IMG/VR virus record: IMGVR_UViG_3300045922_000293
Span: 32,001-96,000 of that record
Source of the DNA: a virus
DNA length: 64,000 nt
Reading direction: 5' to 3' (one strand)
Shown: one piece after another, positions 1 to 9,353 of the stretch
Layout: every line of letters starts with the position of its first letter
Numbering within the stretch: the stretch's first letter is position 1
Made by a program: the position numbers and the translations under genes
The notes under the pieces: model-generated
The model's database searches: none
The model's input: the letters and a program-made list of their open reading frames with translations, nothing else
Told to the model about the DNA's origin: nothing

Positions 1-1
1 G

Positions 2-1486
2 GATGAAAAGGCCAAAACCCCTTTAAAGGTGCTTGTCCCAACTTCATTGCGTAAAGAATTTTTGGTCTTTGATGCAAAAGGAAAGTCTAAGACTTTTGAG
101 ACTCTTGAGGAAGCCGAGGATTTTGTAAGATTTGAATCTTTTAAGATGGAGACTGACAAGAAAAAACAGCCCTTTAAGATCAATAAAAAAGAGCGCGAGG
201 AGAAGCGACTTGAATGGACTCCCGAAACGGATGAGACCCTTGTGAAGCTGAAGCATAAGATCAGCGCCACGACGCCGGAGATCCTTGCATGGGCAAAAGA
301 CCCTTCAAAGATCAACCCTGCCTCGATTGATGCTCATTTTGCTGAGTTAAGCGCCTCGGACTTGATTCAGGCTAAAGGTCAGCTCGCGCGTTTAAATCAG
401 TATTTGATGTTTGAGGAAGGCGCGGACAGTATTCCGCTTAGTAAGGATGAGGCCGCCCGTGTAGTGAATGTGGTGGAGGCCGCGATAGCCAAGGCTCAGA
501 AAGCTCAAGGTGATGCCCCCGTATTGAATGAAGAGACGATTGAGGATGCGATTGAAATCGCGAAGAATCACGGCGTGGCATCTCTGATCCCCAGTGTGAA
601 GAAGTTGTCTTCTGACGCGGTTTCTGATGTGCGTGACGCCGTGGATAGATACTATCTTGAGACAGGTGATGACACGGCCAAGGATCTGCGTGATGTGTTA
701 GAAATACGCCTTTGTCAAGAGTCTTCAGAATCTACGATCTCAGCAGATATTGCTTTGAAGACCTTATATAAAGAACGAGTGGTGAATCCCTCAGAATTTG
801 ATCTAGGCGATGATGAAGATCGCGGGGAATTTATGCAGAGCTTATCACAGCTTTCTGATAGAGACCTGATAGAAAAGTTTCAAAAGATCCCCATCTATGC
901 ACTGATCATGGGTGTTGATGATCAAACACAGCCTGAATCCCATTTTCTAAGACCCGATCAGAAAGATAGGCTCTTGTTGAAATTGGAGCAGGATATCAGA
1001 AGGCGAGCGTTTTTTAATGATTTGCAGTTAAGGGCGGGTAATCCAGATAAATTATCAGAATTGATTCACCGCACTCGCGAAAATAGTCTCAAAGATCGTG
1101 AAAAGAAGGTCTTTGAAGAAAGAGTGCCTAAAGGCGAGAGCTTTTTTGATTTTTTGATGAAGTTATTGAAGCAGCCTAGTATGAAATGGAAGAGAAGAGC
1201 CATGAGGAAATCTTCATCGTTGAAAATTGCGCATCTTTATATGCTGGGTGTACCTAAGAACACACGCCAGATAAGGCTTCAGGATGTGCTCGCCCTCTTG
1301 TCCTTAGCTTTAGCATGGTATGATAGGGATCAGATGTCCCTTCAGAGTGAGGCATCACGCCGTCGTATGGCGTTAGACTACGCGATTCATACCTACGGCG
1401 GAGGTGAGTATCAAAGGGCTGTGGATGACCCCTTTTATGTGACCCTATGGGATGCTTTATGTGCTTTTTTAGATGAAAACGCTTAA
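2..1486 (+). CDS. Hypothetical phage protein, probably 5'-truncated by the window edge
   Basis: The frame of ORF 29..1486 is open back to base 2. Helical, charged sequence with no recognisable family. The C-terminal segment carries KIAHLYM. Confidence 0.75.
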   Translation, partial: DEKAKTPLKVLVPTSLRKEFLVFDAKGKSKTFETLEEAEDFVRFESFKMETDKKKQPFKINKKEREEKRLEWTPETDETLVKLKHKISATTPEILAWAKDPSKINPASIDAHFAELSASDLIQAKGQLARLNQYLMFEEGADSIPLSKDEAARVVNVVEAAIAKAQKAQGDAPVLNEETIEDAIEIAKNHGVASLIPSVKKLSSDAVSDVRDAVDRYYLETGDDTAKDLRDVLEIRLCQESSESTISADIALKTLYKERVVNPSEFDLGDDEDRGEFMQSLSQLSDRDLIEKFQKIPIYALIMGVDDQTQPESHFLRPDQKDRLLLKLEQDIRRRAFFNDLQLRAGNPDKLSELIHRTRENSLKDREKKVFEERVPKGESFFDFLMKLLKQPSMKWKRRAMRKSSSLKIAHLYMLGVPKNTRQIRLQDVLALLSLALAWYDRDQMSLQSEASRRRMALDYAIHTYGGGEYQRAVDDPFYVTLWDALCAFLDENA

Positions 1487-1496
1487 ATTTACAAAA

Positions 1497-1506
1497 ATCT
1501 TTTAAT
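1497..1506 (+). promoter_or_regulatory. Candidate late-promoter motif ATCTTTTAAT
   Basis: The same 10-mer (ATCTTTTWAT) recurs upstream of several structural genes. Confidence 0.55.
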
Positions 1507-1608
1507 GTGTTGTCTTTTCTATGAGGCTTTATACCCTTTTAAAACCTCATAGCAGTCTTAAAAAATTCCTGTTGGCCGTGAACCCGTTATCTACGGAGAC
1601 CTACTATT

Positions 1609-2439
1609 ATGAAGCGTACCTCTTATCAGCGCCGCCGACCCATGCGCCGTACCTCCTCAGCTAAGGTTCTGTCATCACGACTTGACCGCGTAGCGAATAT
1701 TATTGAGTCCCACCATCGCAAGCTTGGTCTCACCCGCAAGCAGGCGCATCAATTCTGTTTCTCATTGGATCGTCTCGCGGATGTCCTTGATCAGAGCGAT
1801 ATTCAGCAGTGGGATGTTGCGTATGAAGACCCCGAACTCACTTCGGATGAGGAGAGTTTTGATGATGAGCTGATGTTGCAAGAGGATGAGCCTTATATGG
1901 AGACGTTCCATGCTCCATCTAGGCTTCATGAGGGTGATGAGGACGAGGATTCTTACATGCATCATTTTCAAGGAAGCGATTTCGCTAACGTGAATAAGTA
2001 CATGCAAGATGGCCGCCGATCAGCGTTGCGCAAGCCCGCGCGTAAGCTAGCCCGCCGCAAGTTGTCTTATCATTTTGCGGACATGGAAGATGATTGTGAT
2101 GAGGATTTTGACCATGATCATGACGCATATGCTGATATGGATTGTGACGCCGATGATGATTATGGGTCTGACTGTGATGTAATGATGGACGAGGTGGAGT
2201 CTTATCATTTTGCGGATGAAGATGATGAAGAGGCAGAAGATGATATGAACGAAGAAGATGATGTAGAGGCGCGCCGCCGTATGGCGCGCCGCCGTCGATC
2301 AACTGCCTATCTGAATCCTCGTTATGCTCGCCTCCGCCAACGATGGGCTTCCGAAGATGATGTAGAGGCAGAAGATGATATGGAGGAAGAAGATGATGTA
2401 GAGGCGCGCCGCCGTATGGCGCGCCGCAACCGTCGTTAA
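1609..2439 (+). CDS. Acidic/Arg-patched putative internal head or scaffold-associated protein
   Basis: GGAG SD. D/E-rich with a duplicated EDDVEARRRMARR block and SYHFAD x2. Lies upstream of the protease-scaffold-capsid genes. Confidence 0.6.
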   Translation: MKRTSYQRRRPMRRTSSAKVLSSRLDRVANIIESHHRKLGLTRKQAHQFCFSLDRLADVLDQSDIQQWDVAYEDPELTSDEESFDDELMLQEDEPYMETFHAPSRLHEGDEDEDSYMHHFQGSDFANVNKYMQDGRRSALRKPARKLARRKLSYHFADMEDDCDEDFDHDHDAYADMDCDADDDYGSDCDVMMDEVESYHFADEDDEEAEDDMNEEDDVEARRRMARRRRSTAYLNPRYARLRQRWASEDDVEAEDDMEEEDDVEARRRMARRNRR

Positions 2440-2445
2440 TCCATT

Positions 2446-2489
2446 ATAGCGGATTGGTCATGGTGTAACAAAAGAGGCCAATCCGCTAT
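2446..2489 (+). terminator. Hairpin after ORF 1609 (terminator or processing stem)
   Basis: atagcggattgg (2446-2457) pairs perfectly with ccaatccgctat (2478-2489). Confidence 0.5.
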
Positions 2490-2750
2490 GCTTTTGCATG
2501 ACGTGCATCATAACGCATAAAAATTCTTCTCCTTGAGGCCCCCCGATCTTATTGTAACCCCGAGTAGATGTTGAAGGCGGCTTATGGGGTGATCAAGAAG
2601 AATCACGCTGTGAAAATTTATGTATGGTGATGGTGTCGAGACTCTTGAAGCCATTTTCACATCGTAAGGGAGAAAGCGCCAAAGGTCTATCTAATAAACT
2701 TTTTTAAAATAAGGGGGGGATAAGACTATCTTCACGCATTTTATTTAAAG

Positions 2751-3746
2751 GTGATCAGGATGAGGTTTTTACCCGAAGACAGTGAATCTCTGGCGCGTCA
2801 TATTTTGAATAACGGCGCAGAGTATGTGAAGAGCCGTGTACAAGGCGCTGAATATGTGTCTGTAAGGCTTGAAAAGGGTTTGCGCGCCTCCGATCCCCCT
2901 ATTTTGAGATTGGATATTAGCTTAGATGATAAAAGTGAGTGGATTAATAATATTTTTGAGAATTCAAACCTTTTTAAAGTTATATTAAATTCTTATGATG
3001 GGTCACTAGAAGTCTTTTGTAGGGGATATCAAAATTCTGTAAAATTCAGAAAATTACGAGTTAAGACCTTACAAGATGCTGTAAATGAGATTAATGCCTA
3101 CATTGCTCAAATCATCCCTGAGTTAAAGATGAGCAAGCGGATCGCGACCAAGTGCGCTTATATAGATTGGCAGAGCGTAGGAAGATCTTTACAGACGGGG
3201 GATCGTGTGCGAGTGTTCAACTCCGTCGATGGTAGGTTCTCCCCGTGGGAGGGTCATATCACGGCGGTCATGGCGCATTTAGGCATGGTGGATGTGCAGA
3301 CCCCCTTTGGTAATGTCCGTCTCCCCGTTGAAGACGTGACCGTTGTGAGCCGTGATCCTGTGTTAGAGGATACAGGCTATAAGGGGTATGATAACACACG
3401 CAATAAGGATGACCTCACGTTGCAGTACACGCCTGAAAAAGTGAAGACGGCATTGTATTGGAAGGCCAAGGGGCGTAAGTATATGCCGACTAGGTCTGAA
3501 GAGGAGAGTGGTAATTATGTCTGCCCTAAATGCGACAGCCCGTTGAAAAATTCAATTTACAAGAAGCGTACAAAGCTGTTTGTGTGTACAAACAATGAGT
3601 GCAATTTCTGCATCCGCCCCGTGGATATCATCCATGCGGAGACGTGTGATGGAGAGGATAAACCTTTGCTTGATGACACGAATCCGCGATCTCAGGTGTT
3701 GCGTATTGTGAAGGCTTATCTAAGCACGGGGGGATATGTGTCATGA
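2751..3746 (+). CDS. Hypothetical protein with C-terminal zinc ribbon
   Basis: CPKC...CTNNEC motif. ATGA-coupled to the protease gene. The likely start is ATG 2760. Confidence 0.7.
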   Translation: MIRMRFLPEDSESLARHILNNGAEYVKSRVQGAEYVSVRLEKGLRASDPPILRLDISLDDKSEWINNIFENSNLFKVILNSYDGSLEVFCRGYQNSVKFRKLRVKTLQDAVNEINAYIAQIIPELKMSKRIATKCAYIDWQSVGRSLQTGDRVRVFNSVDGRFSPWEGHITAVMAHLGMVDVQTPFGNVRLPVEDVTVVSRDPVLEDTGYKGYDNTRNKDDLTLQYTPEKVKTALYWKAKGRKYMPTRSEEESGNYVCPKCDSPLKNSIYKKRTKLFVCTNNECNFCIRPVDIIHAETCDGEDKPLLDDTNPRSQVLRIVKAYLSTGGYVS

Positions 3747-5233
3747 TACGGTATACAATCGCGAAGGTGTCTACGGTATCCGTGGATAGAGATGTATGGT
3801 CACAATTCAAGAAGGCGCACTCATCCTATTCTACGGGGGTATTCCGTAACAAGCGGACGGCCAAGACCAACAGCTCTAAGGACATCCTCAACCTTTTTGA
3901 TCCTAAGAAGTATATCCTGACACACGCGACAATTATAGCAAGTGTTGACACAGAAGATGTGCCGGGGGTGAAGTTAGGCGAGAACATGTGGGAGGACGGG
4001 CGTAAGATCACCCGTCTATGGTCAGATTACCGTATTAAGAAGGACACAGAGCGTTACATTAACTTTAATAATGATGCATGGGAGCGTCAAAATCTTCTTC
4101 AAACGTTTTGGACATTCATTGGGGGGTACAATTATCAAGAGCACATTCAAGACCCTGAGTTAAGTAAGGGCATTATCTTGGATGCCGTGAGTCGAGATCT
4201 TGGCGACACGGTGTACATTGATATTCTTGTGGCGACGGATCGCTCACATGTTGCGCTTGTGCATGATATTGTCATGAAGAAGATGAAAACGATGTCCATG
4301 GGATGCTCCATTAAGTTTTCAATCTGCACGAAATGTGGGAACATCGCAGCGGATGAAAAAGATATGTGCTCACATATCCGAAGCATGAAGGGCGATACGT
4401 TCAGTGATGCGAACGGAGTTGAGCGTAAGATCGCGGAGCTGTGTGGGCATAGGGAGGTGCCTGAGAGCGTCACATTCTTTGAGGGGTCATGGGTGGAGGT
4501 ACCCGCTTTTGAGGGCGCAGAGGTACGCGCGGTCCTCTACACGCCTGAAGACCTTGATCTGAATGCGGCGGTCCATACCGCACATATCATTCGATTCCCG
4601 TCACAAGTGCCATCCTTTTCTGATTGGACGCAAGCCTTTATAACCTCGCGTGAGGCATCTTTTCGGGATCGTGTAAGTTTTTCTTTTGATGACGATGATG
4701 ATGAAGACGGTGACGGGGATGTGAAGGATGATAAGAATTATTATGAGACGGTTTTAGAAGAGGCTAAAGATCTGGTACAAAATAAGCTCAAGACGGATCT
4801 AAAACGTGAGGTGATGGATAGCCTACGCAAGGATGATGAGAAGACGGAAGCTCCCCTTACCATGGCAGAAGACATGAATGATACGGTCATTGAGTCACGG
4901 CGTCTGGCTCATATTATCAAGGGGATCAAAACGGCTTCTTGCACAAAGGCTGAGATATTTTTAGCCGCCCTCAATCTCTTAGGGAACACCCGCACCGCAT
5001 CGTCATCTCGGCTCCCTATGGAGGCCCGTATTCTCGGTATGTATGCTGTTGCAAAATACAAGAATGCAAACACTTCTTTTTCCAAAAAGTTTCATGGCCT
5101 TTTGACTTTGACCAAACATGCTTCAAATGTGTCTAAGTTTTTAAAGCTCGCTGAAATTCACGCCAAGCGTACTTTAACCCCCTCAGAGCGGGCATATTTA
5201 AGTGATGCATATGTGAAATTGAAGGAATTTTAA
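3743..5233 (+). CDS. Putative prohead (capsid maturation) protease with Zn-finger insertion
   Basis: Motifs NxNNDAW, QEH, SMGC-x5-CxxCGN...CxH and EGSWVEVPA are typical of large-phage HK97-type maturation proteases. Directly upstream of scaffold, decoration and MCP. Confidence 0.7.
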   Translation: MIRYTIAKVSTVSVDRDVWSQFKKAHSSYSTGVFRNKRTAKTNSSKDILNLFDPKKYILTHATIIASVDTEDVPGVKLGENMWEDGRKITRLWSDYRIKKDTERYINFNNDAWERQNLLQTFWTFIGGYNYQEHIQDPELSKGIILDAVSRDLGDTVYIDILVATDRSHVALVHDIVMKKMKTMSMGCSIKFSICTKCGNIAADEKDMCSHIRSMKGDTFSDANGVERKIAELCGHREVPESVTFFEGSWVEVPAFEGAEVRAVLYTPEDLDLNAAVHTAHIIRFPSQVPSFSDWTQAFITSREASFRDRVSFSFDDDDDEDGDGDVKDDKNYYETVLEEAKDLVQNKLKTDLKREVMDSLRKDDEKTEAPLTMAEDMNDTVIESRRLAHIIKGIKTASCTKAEIFLAALNLLGNTRTASSSRLPMEARILGMYAVAKYKNANTSFSKKFHGLLTLTKHASNVSKFLKLAEIHAKRTLTPSERAYLSDAYVKLKEF

Positions 5234-5257
5234 CGCTAAAATTCCTTATCTTAGAAA

Positions 5258-5267
5258 ATCTTTTTAT
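5258..5267 (+). promoter_or_regulatory. Candidate late-promoter motif ATCTTTTTAT
   Basis: Recurrent motif, about 100 nt upstream of the scaffold gene. Confidence 0.55.
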
Positions 5268-5368
5268 AAACACATTTTAGGGTAGGTGTCTTCCTTTTTC
5301 GTGTTGTGAATAGGAAGCACAAAAGACTGATCCTATGTGCCCTTGATAGAACATAAGGAGTTCCAAAA

Positions 5369-6700
5369 ATGAATCGTCGTAATCGTCTGACTCAGCGTAA
5401 AGTGGGTATGCGCCGCAAGGCCGATCCTTATACCATGCACCAGGAGCGTGTCAATCCTCCCGTTGAGAAGTATATGAATGGTGATCCTAGTGCATGGGCT
5501 GAGGATCTGCATCCTATCCCTCCCTATGGCACCCCCCGTAATCAGATCGGCCTCCCCGAATTTATGGAGACGACGTGGACACATAAGGGTACGGAGGATT
5601 GGTCGGAGAACAGCCAAGCCTATGATAACGGCTTTACCTTTGATCGTGAAGACGATCAGGCCCGCCGTCTACAGTCAAGCCACCAGCGTCGCGTGATCGC
5701 GAAGCTGGAGGTGAAGGCTTCTAAGTGCATCCGTATCGCTAAGGCGCTTCTGGTCAATGCATCTGCGGACGTGATCGAGGAACAGGCGATGGCTTTCATG
5801 TCTTTGTCCGATCGTGCTATTCAGGCGACGCTTGTCCGTTTGGCGGAGGACGAGCATGCTTCTGAGGAGGAGGAGGAGGAGGAGGACGAGGTGGAGTCCC
5901 GACGTCTCGCTCGCTATTTGCAGGCGAAGCGCAAGGCGAAGAAGAAGGCGGAAGAGGAAGTCGAGTCTAAGAAGTCCAAGAAGTCCAAATCCAAGAAGGC
6001 CGATGAGGACGACGATGAGGATGAGGACGATTATGAGGACGACGACGACGACGATGATTCCGAAGAGGAAGACGAGGTTGAGGCCAAGAAGTCAAAGAGG
6101 TCCAGAAAGTCTGAAGAGGAAGACGAGGTTGAGGCCAAGAAGTCGAAGAGGTCCAGAAAGTCTGAAGAGGAAGACGAGGTTGAGGCCAAGAAGTCGAAGA
6201 GGTCCAGAAAGTCTGAAGAGGAAGACGAGGTTGAGGCCAAGAAGTCGAAGAAGCGCTCGAAGAAAGCTATGTCTGAAGAGGAGATGGACGCAGAGGTTGA
6301 GGCTATGCTTGCGAGCATGGATGAAGATCTTGATGACATCGTATCGGAAGAGGATGTAGATTCTGAAGAGGAAGATGAGGATCTTGACGCTTCTCTAGAG
6401 GATCTTCTTGACGATGAAGACGCTATGATGGATGACATGGTGGATGATTCTACCATCGACGATATGGTTCTTGAGCATGAGGTAGATCCTCTCATGGAAA
6501 TGACCCTGGATGATGACATTTATTCACGTCTCATGAGCCGTTCAGCCAAGGGCAAGACATCGGCTCAAAAGTCCGCGCAAAAGGGCGTCAAGCGTCTTGG
6601 CCGTGTCACGACCGCCTCTGTTAAGGACAACAGTGAGGTGAATGACCTTAGTAAGCTATGGACCACTGAGCCGGATGTCTCTAAGGTGTTCAAGCGTTGA
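5369..6700 (+). CDS. Capsid scaffold-like protein
   Basis: AAGGAG SD. Very acidic, with alternating E/D and K/R blocks. Positioned between the protease and the capsid genes. Confidence 0.7.
   Translation: MNRRNRLTQRKVGMRRKADPYTMHQERVNPPVEKYMNGDPSAWAEDLHPIPPYGTPRNQIGLPEFMETTWTHKGTEDWSENSQAYDNGFTFDREDDQARRLQSSHQRRVIAKLEVKASKCIRIAKALLVNASADVIEEQAMAFMSLSDRAIQATLVRLAEDEHASEEEEEEEDEVESRRLARYLQAKRKAKKKAEEEVESKKSKKSKSKKADEDDDEDEDDYEDDDDDDDSEEEDEVEAKKSKRSRKSEEEDEVEAKKSKRSRKSEEEDEVEAKKSKRSRKSEEEDEVEAKKSKKRSKKAMSEEEMDAEVEAMLASMDEDLDDIVSEEDVDSEEEDEDLDASLEDLLDDEDAMMDDMVDDSTIDDMVLEHEVDPLMEMTLDDDIYSRLMSRSAKGKTSAQKSAQKGVKRLGRVTTASVKDNSEVNDLSKLWTTEPDVSKVFKR
6059..6250 (+). repeat. 51-bp coding tandem repeat (SEEEDEVEAKKSKRSRK) x3.8
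   Basis: Units start at 6059, 6110, 6161 and 6212 and are nearly identical. Confidence 0.95.
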
Positions 6701-6707
6701 TTTCAAC

Positions 6708-6755
6708 TTTTGAGCTTGGCAAGATGAGAAAAGTGTTGTCGGGCTCAAAATTTTT
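6708..6755 (+). terminator. Hairpin plus T-tract after scaffold gene
   Basis: ttttgagcttggcaa pairs with ttgtcgggctcaaaa (G-U pairs included), followed by ttttt. Confidence 0.55.
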
Positions 6756-6772
6756 CCATGTTTTTTTTATGG

Positions 6773-6782
6773 ATCTTTTAAT
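6773..6782 (+). promoter_or_regulatory. Candidate late-promoter motif ATCTTTTAAT
   Basis: Recurrent motif upstream of the decoration/MCP pair. Confidence 0.55.
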
Positions 6783-6878
6783 ATTAAGTTAAATTGTAGA
6801 ATTCTGACTTAATATCAGATATTCTTAACCTAATGTGTAGTGTTCTAATTTCAGTCACGTTATGTCAGGAGACACACA

Positions 6879-7490
6879 ATGGCTATTCCAGGTCAGGCTA
6901 GCGGTGATTTCACCGAGTCACAATCCGCCCTACGTATCCTTTATATTGGGCATCGGAATACGTTCTCAGCGACGCTGACAACGGATTCTTTCATTCAAAC
7001 CAATCCTCCCGTTGTCGTGACCCCCGCGTCTGTTTCACAGACGCTCGGTCCCGCCCCTAAGCGCGGCGTTCTCTCGGGCTCCGTTGCCTTCACTCGCCCC
7101 GATGCTGGTAATGGTTTCATTGGTGGCCCCCTCGCGACTGCACCCGCCGCAGGTGCGCTCCGCCCCCTTGGTTTTTTCATCAATGATGCCGCGGGTTATT
7201 CTTTTCTGAATACCCCCGCCGCTGCCTCGGGTCAAGGTCCTTACACTTCGGCTCAGGGTACGATTGGGACTCAACTTTATGAGACCCAAAATCTCAACAC
7301 CAACGCTGCGTTGACGTATCAAGTGGGTGACTTTGTGTATGCTTCTCTCAATGGATATCTGACGAATGTTGCGGATGCAGATAATGCAATTGAGCTTGCT
7401 CATGCTCTGGCTTCCGCGACGGTGATGGGTGTCGTAAAGATCGTCCCAGATGCCGTGCTTGCAGAACTCTTGTTGGATCAGCGCATTTAA
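6879..7490 (+). CDS. Putative head decoration/cement protein
   Basis: About 200 aa, G/A/T-rich, immediately before MCP. Pattern YQVGDFVYASLNGYLTN...VMGVVKIVP resembles beta-tulip decoration proteins. Confidence 0.65.
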   Translation: MAIPGQASGDFTESQSALRILYIGHRNTFSATLTTDSFIQTNPPVVVTPASVSQTLGPAPKRGVLSGSVAFTRPDAGNGFIGGPLATAPAAGALRPLGFFINDAAGYSFLNTPAAASGQGPYTSAQGTIGTQLYETQNLNTNAALTYQVGDFVYASLNGYLTNVADADNAIELAHALASATVMGVVKIVPDAVLAELLLDQRI

Positions 7491-7559
7491 TGTTCATTAC
7501 CCCCGTGTTTGGGGGAATTGATGCAAATCGTAGAGAGATATTGAGAGGAGATATACATA

Positions 7560-8435
7560 ATGTCTAACATCGACAACAAAGTGAAGCAGCAGATCATTGC
7601 AAAGTACATCGGTACTGCGCAAGGTCGTCAGAAGCTGGCAGCGTCCATGACGAAGCCTCTACGTCAACGTCGTGACTATTCTTCAGTCGCCCGTAAGACC
7701 TTCCTCGTGGAGGATCTGCCGGACGGTGCGCTCCCTATCTATGACAAGGACCCCGATGTCGCGGCCTATGTCGTGGGGGAAGAAGGCGAAAGTATCATGA
7801 GCGTGATCAAGCCCCGCCGTGTGATCATCCCCCTGTTTGAGATCGCGTGTCTGCCTGAGATTCCTCTCACGCAAGTTAAGGAGCGCCGCTTTGATCTGAT
7901 TCAGCGTTCACAGGATCTTGGGCGCGCCCAGATTCAGGCGGCTGAGGATGAGCGCAGTTTTGCTATCATGGATGCGGTTGCGGTCAACGGTTTTGACAGC
8001 CTCCCCGGCCAGACAAACCCTGACATTCCCGTTGCGGCTCCCGTCACCTCTTCGATCCTCGCGGATGGTTTTTCCGAGATCGAGAAGCATGACCTCCGTG
8101 TTGCCCGCATTTATATGAATGCGAAGGATTACGCAGATGTCCGTAAGTTCGGCCAAGAGATCCTTGACATCCAGAGCCAAGCAGATCTTCTCAAGACGGG
8201 TCTGCAAGCCACCCTCTGGGGTGCTCAGATCATCGTCAGCCGTCTGGTGCCTATTGGCACCTTGTACATCTGTTGTGACCCTGAGATGTTTGGTCGCATC
8301 CCCGTCCGCACTGAGCTGACCGTCCTCTCCGCGGACGATCCCCGTGCCCGCACGATTGGTTTCAGTATCTTCGAGCAGCTCGGAATCGGCGCGACTAACC
8401 CCCGTGGCCTTCAGCGTTTGATCGTGAGCCGCTGA
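7560..8435 (+). CDS. Major capsid protein (HK97 fold, short)
   Basis: GAGGAG SD, C-ending codon bias, and position after protease/scaffold/decoration. Pattern LFEIA..PEI.L..VK.RRFDLI.R.Q...RAQIQAAED; terminal EQLGIG..NP.G. Confidence 0.8.
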   Translation: MSNIDNKVKQQIIAKYIGTAQGRQKLAASMTKPLRQRRDYSSVARKTFLVEDLPDGALPIYDKDPDVAAYVVGEEGESIMSVIKPRRVIIPLFEIACLPEIPLTQVKERRFDLIQRSQDLGRAQIQAAEDERSFAIMDAVAVNGFDSLPGQTNPDIPVAAPVTSSILADGFSEIEKHDLRVARIYMNAKDYADVRKFGQEILDIQSQADLLKTGLQATLWGAQIIVSRLVPIGTLYICCDPEMFGRIPVRTELTVLSADDPRARTIGFSIFEQLGIGATNPRGLQRLIVSR

Positions 8436-8445
8436 TAACAGATTA

Positions 8446-8554
8446 GCTTCCCCTGACACAGTGTCGGGGAAGCGTCAGGATAGGGCTATGTATGCCCTAT
8501 CCCCCCGCCAGAGAATAAGGTCTATATGGAGCAAACCATATAGACCTTATTCTC
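8446..8554. terminator. Three consecutive hairpins between convergent MCP and minus-strand genes
   Basis: Stems at 8446-8473 and 8478-8502, plus a perfect 19-bp stem 8511-8529/8536-8554. Confidence 0.7.
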
Positions 8555-8672
8555 ATTTAAAGAGGTGAAAATTTCACAGGACCGCATCAAGGCTTCACCC
8601 GTGATCTTGAAATCCGCAGGCTTGGTGTAACCCCCGCTCTTGAAGGTTGTTTTGATATGCTTAATAATCACA

Positions 8673-8831
8673 TCAAGCGGGGGCAACACTCCTGCTTCCA
8701 AGGGGATGAATCAGGGGATGAATCAGGGGATTAGGTTTATTATCACTCTGCTTGTACAATGGCTGTACAGCGTCGGCTAGCGTCGTCAAATGATCCACCG
8801 TATAGGCTTTCGCCACCTTTTTCTCAAACAT
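8673..8831 (-). CDS. Small unannotated ORF, 52 aa (MFEKKVAKAYTVDHL...)
   Basis: ATG overlaps the end of the Dps-like gene. Below the ORF-track cutoff. Contains a 12-bp tandem repeat encoding PLIH. Confidence 0.4.
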   Translation of the reverse strand: MFEKKVAKAYTVDHLTTLADAVQPLYKQSDNKPNPLIHPLIHPLGSRSVAPA

Positions 8832-9261
8832 TTAAACGTTGCTTAATCAGATACATATGATTTTCGTGTGAGTTGACAAGCCCCATGAGGTAGTCATCCC
8901 ATCCCATAGACAACAGCTCACAGTCATCAAGACAATTATAACAGTCTTCAATTAAATACATGGTGCCCCGCTCAAGAATCATCGCCCCCTTCAAGACCCC
9001 TTTACCCTCAGTGTGCATGAGAATATGTGAAGTTTTGCGCATCAAGGCCCTAGGCACGATGATGTTGCCGCAAAGTTCTACGATTTTCTCAGCAAGGGTA
9101 TCAATTTCTTTGCGCTCCTCCTTATAAAGCTTCTCAAAGAGGAGATGATCGCTATAACTTGATGGCCCCGTACATTGCCAATGGGCGGCACGGTAATGTG
9201 ACGAAAGTGCCTCAAGGGCGGCGAGGAGATTGAGGAGATAAGTTTGATGGAGGGGGGTCAT
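8824..9261 (-). CDS. Dps/ferritin-like protein
   Basis: HYRAAHWQCTG...HLLFEKLY...IDTLAEKI matches the Dps ferroxidase signature. Confidence 0.8.
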   Translation of the reverse strand: MTPLHQTYLLNLLAALEALSSHYRAAHWQCTGPSSYSDHLLFEKLYKEERKEIDTLAEKIVELCGNIIVPRALMRKTSHILMHTEGKGVLKGAMILERGTMYLIEDCYNCLDDCELLSMGWDDYLMGLVNSHENHMYLIKQRLNV

Positions 9262-9293
9262 TTTGATGTCCTTGTGTTAAAGGGAGGCAATTA

Positions 9294-9303
9294 ATCTTTT
9301 TAT
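9294..9303 (+). promoter_or_regulatory. Candidate late-promoter motif ATCTTTTTAT
   Basis: Recurrent motif upstream of ORF 9354. Confidence 0.5.
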
Positions 9304-9353
9304 AAAAACATGTGTATACGGGGATAACCTATCATCACAGTGTATACTAGAAG

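Noticed and set aside
6059-6250. CRISPR-like array
   Set aside because: Contiguous in-frame 51-bp units with no unique spacers and no cas genes.
5814-6519. Long alternative-frame and antisense ORFs (Arg-rich 5814..6359, Ser-rich 6031..6519) and similar shadow ORFs elsewhere
   Set aside because: They are by-products of low-complexity or biased coding on the real gene, with no SD or protein-like features.
7560-9261. Encapsulin plus ferritin-cargo operon (short HK97-fold shell next to a ferritin-like gene)
   Set aside because: The shell gene follows protease, scaffold and decoration genes in a tailed-phage cluster. The Dps gene is on the opposite strand and has no cargo-loading tail.
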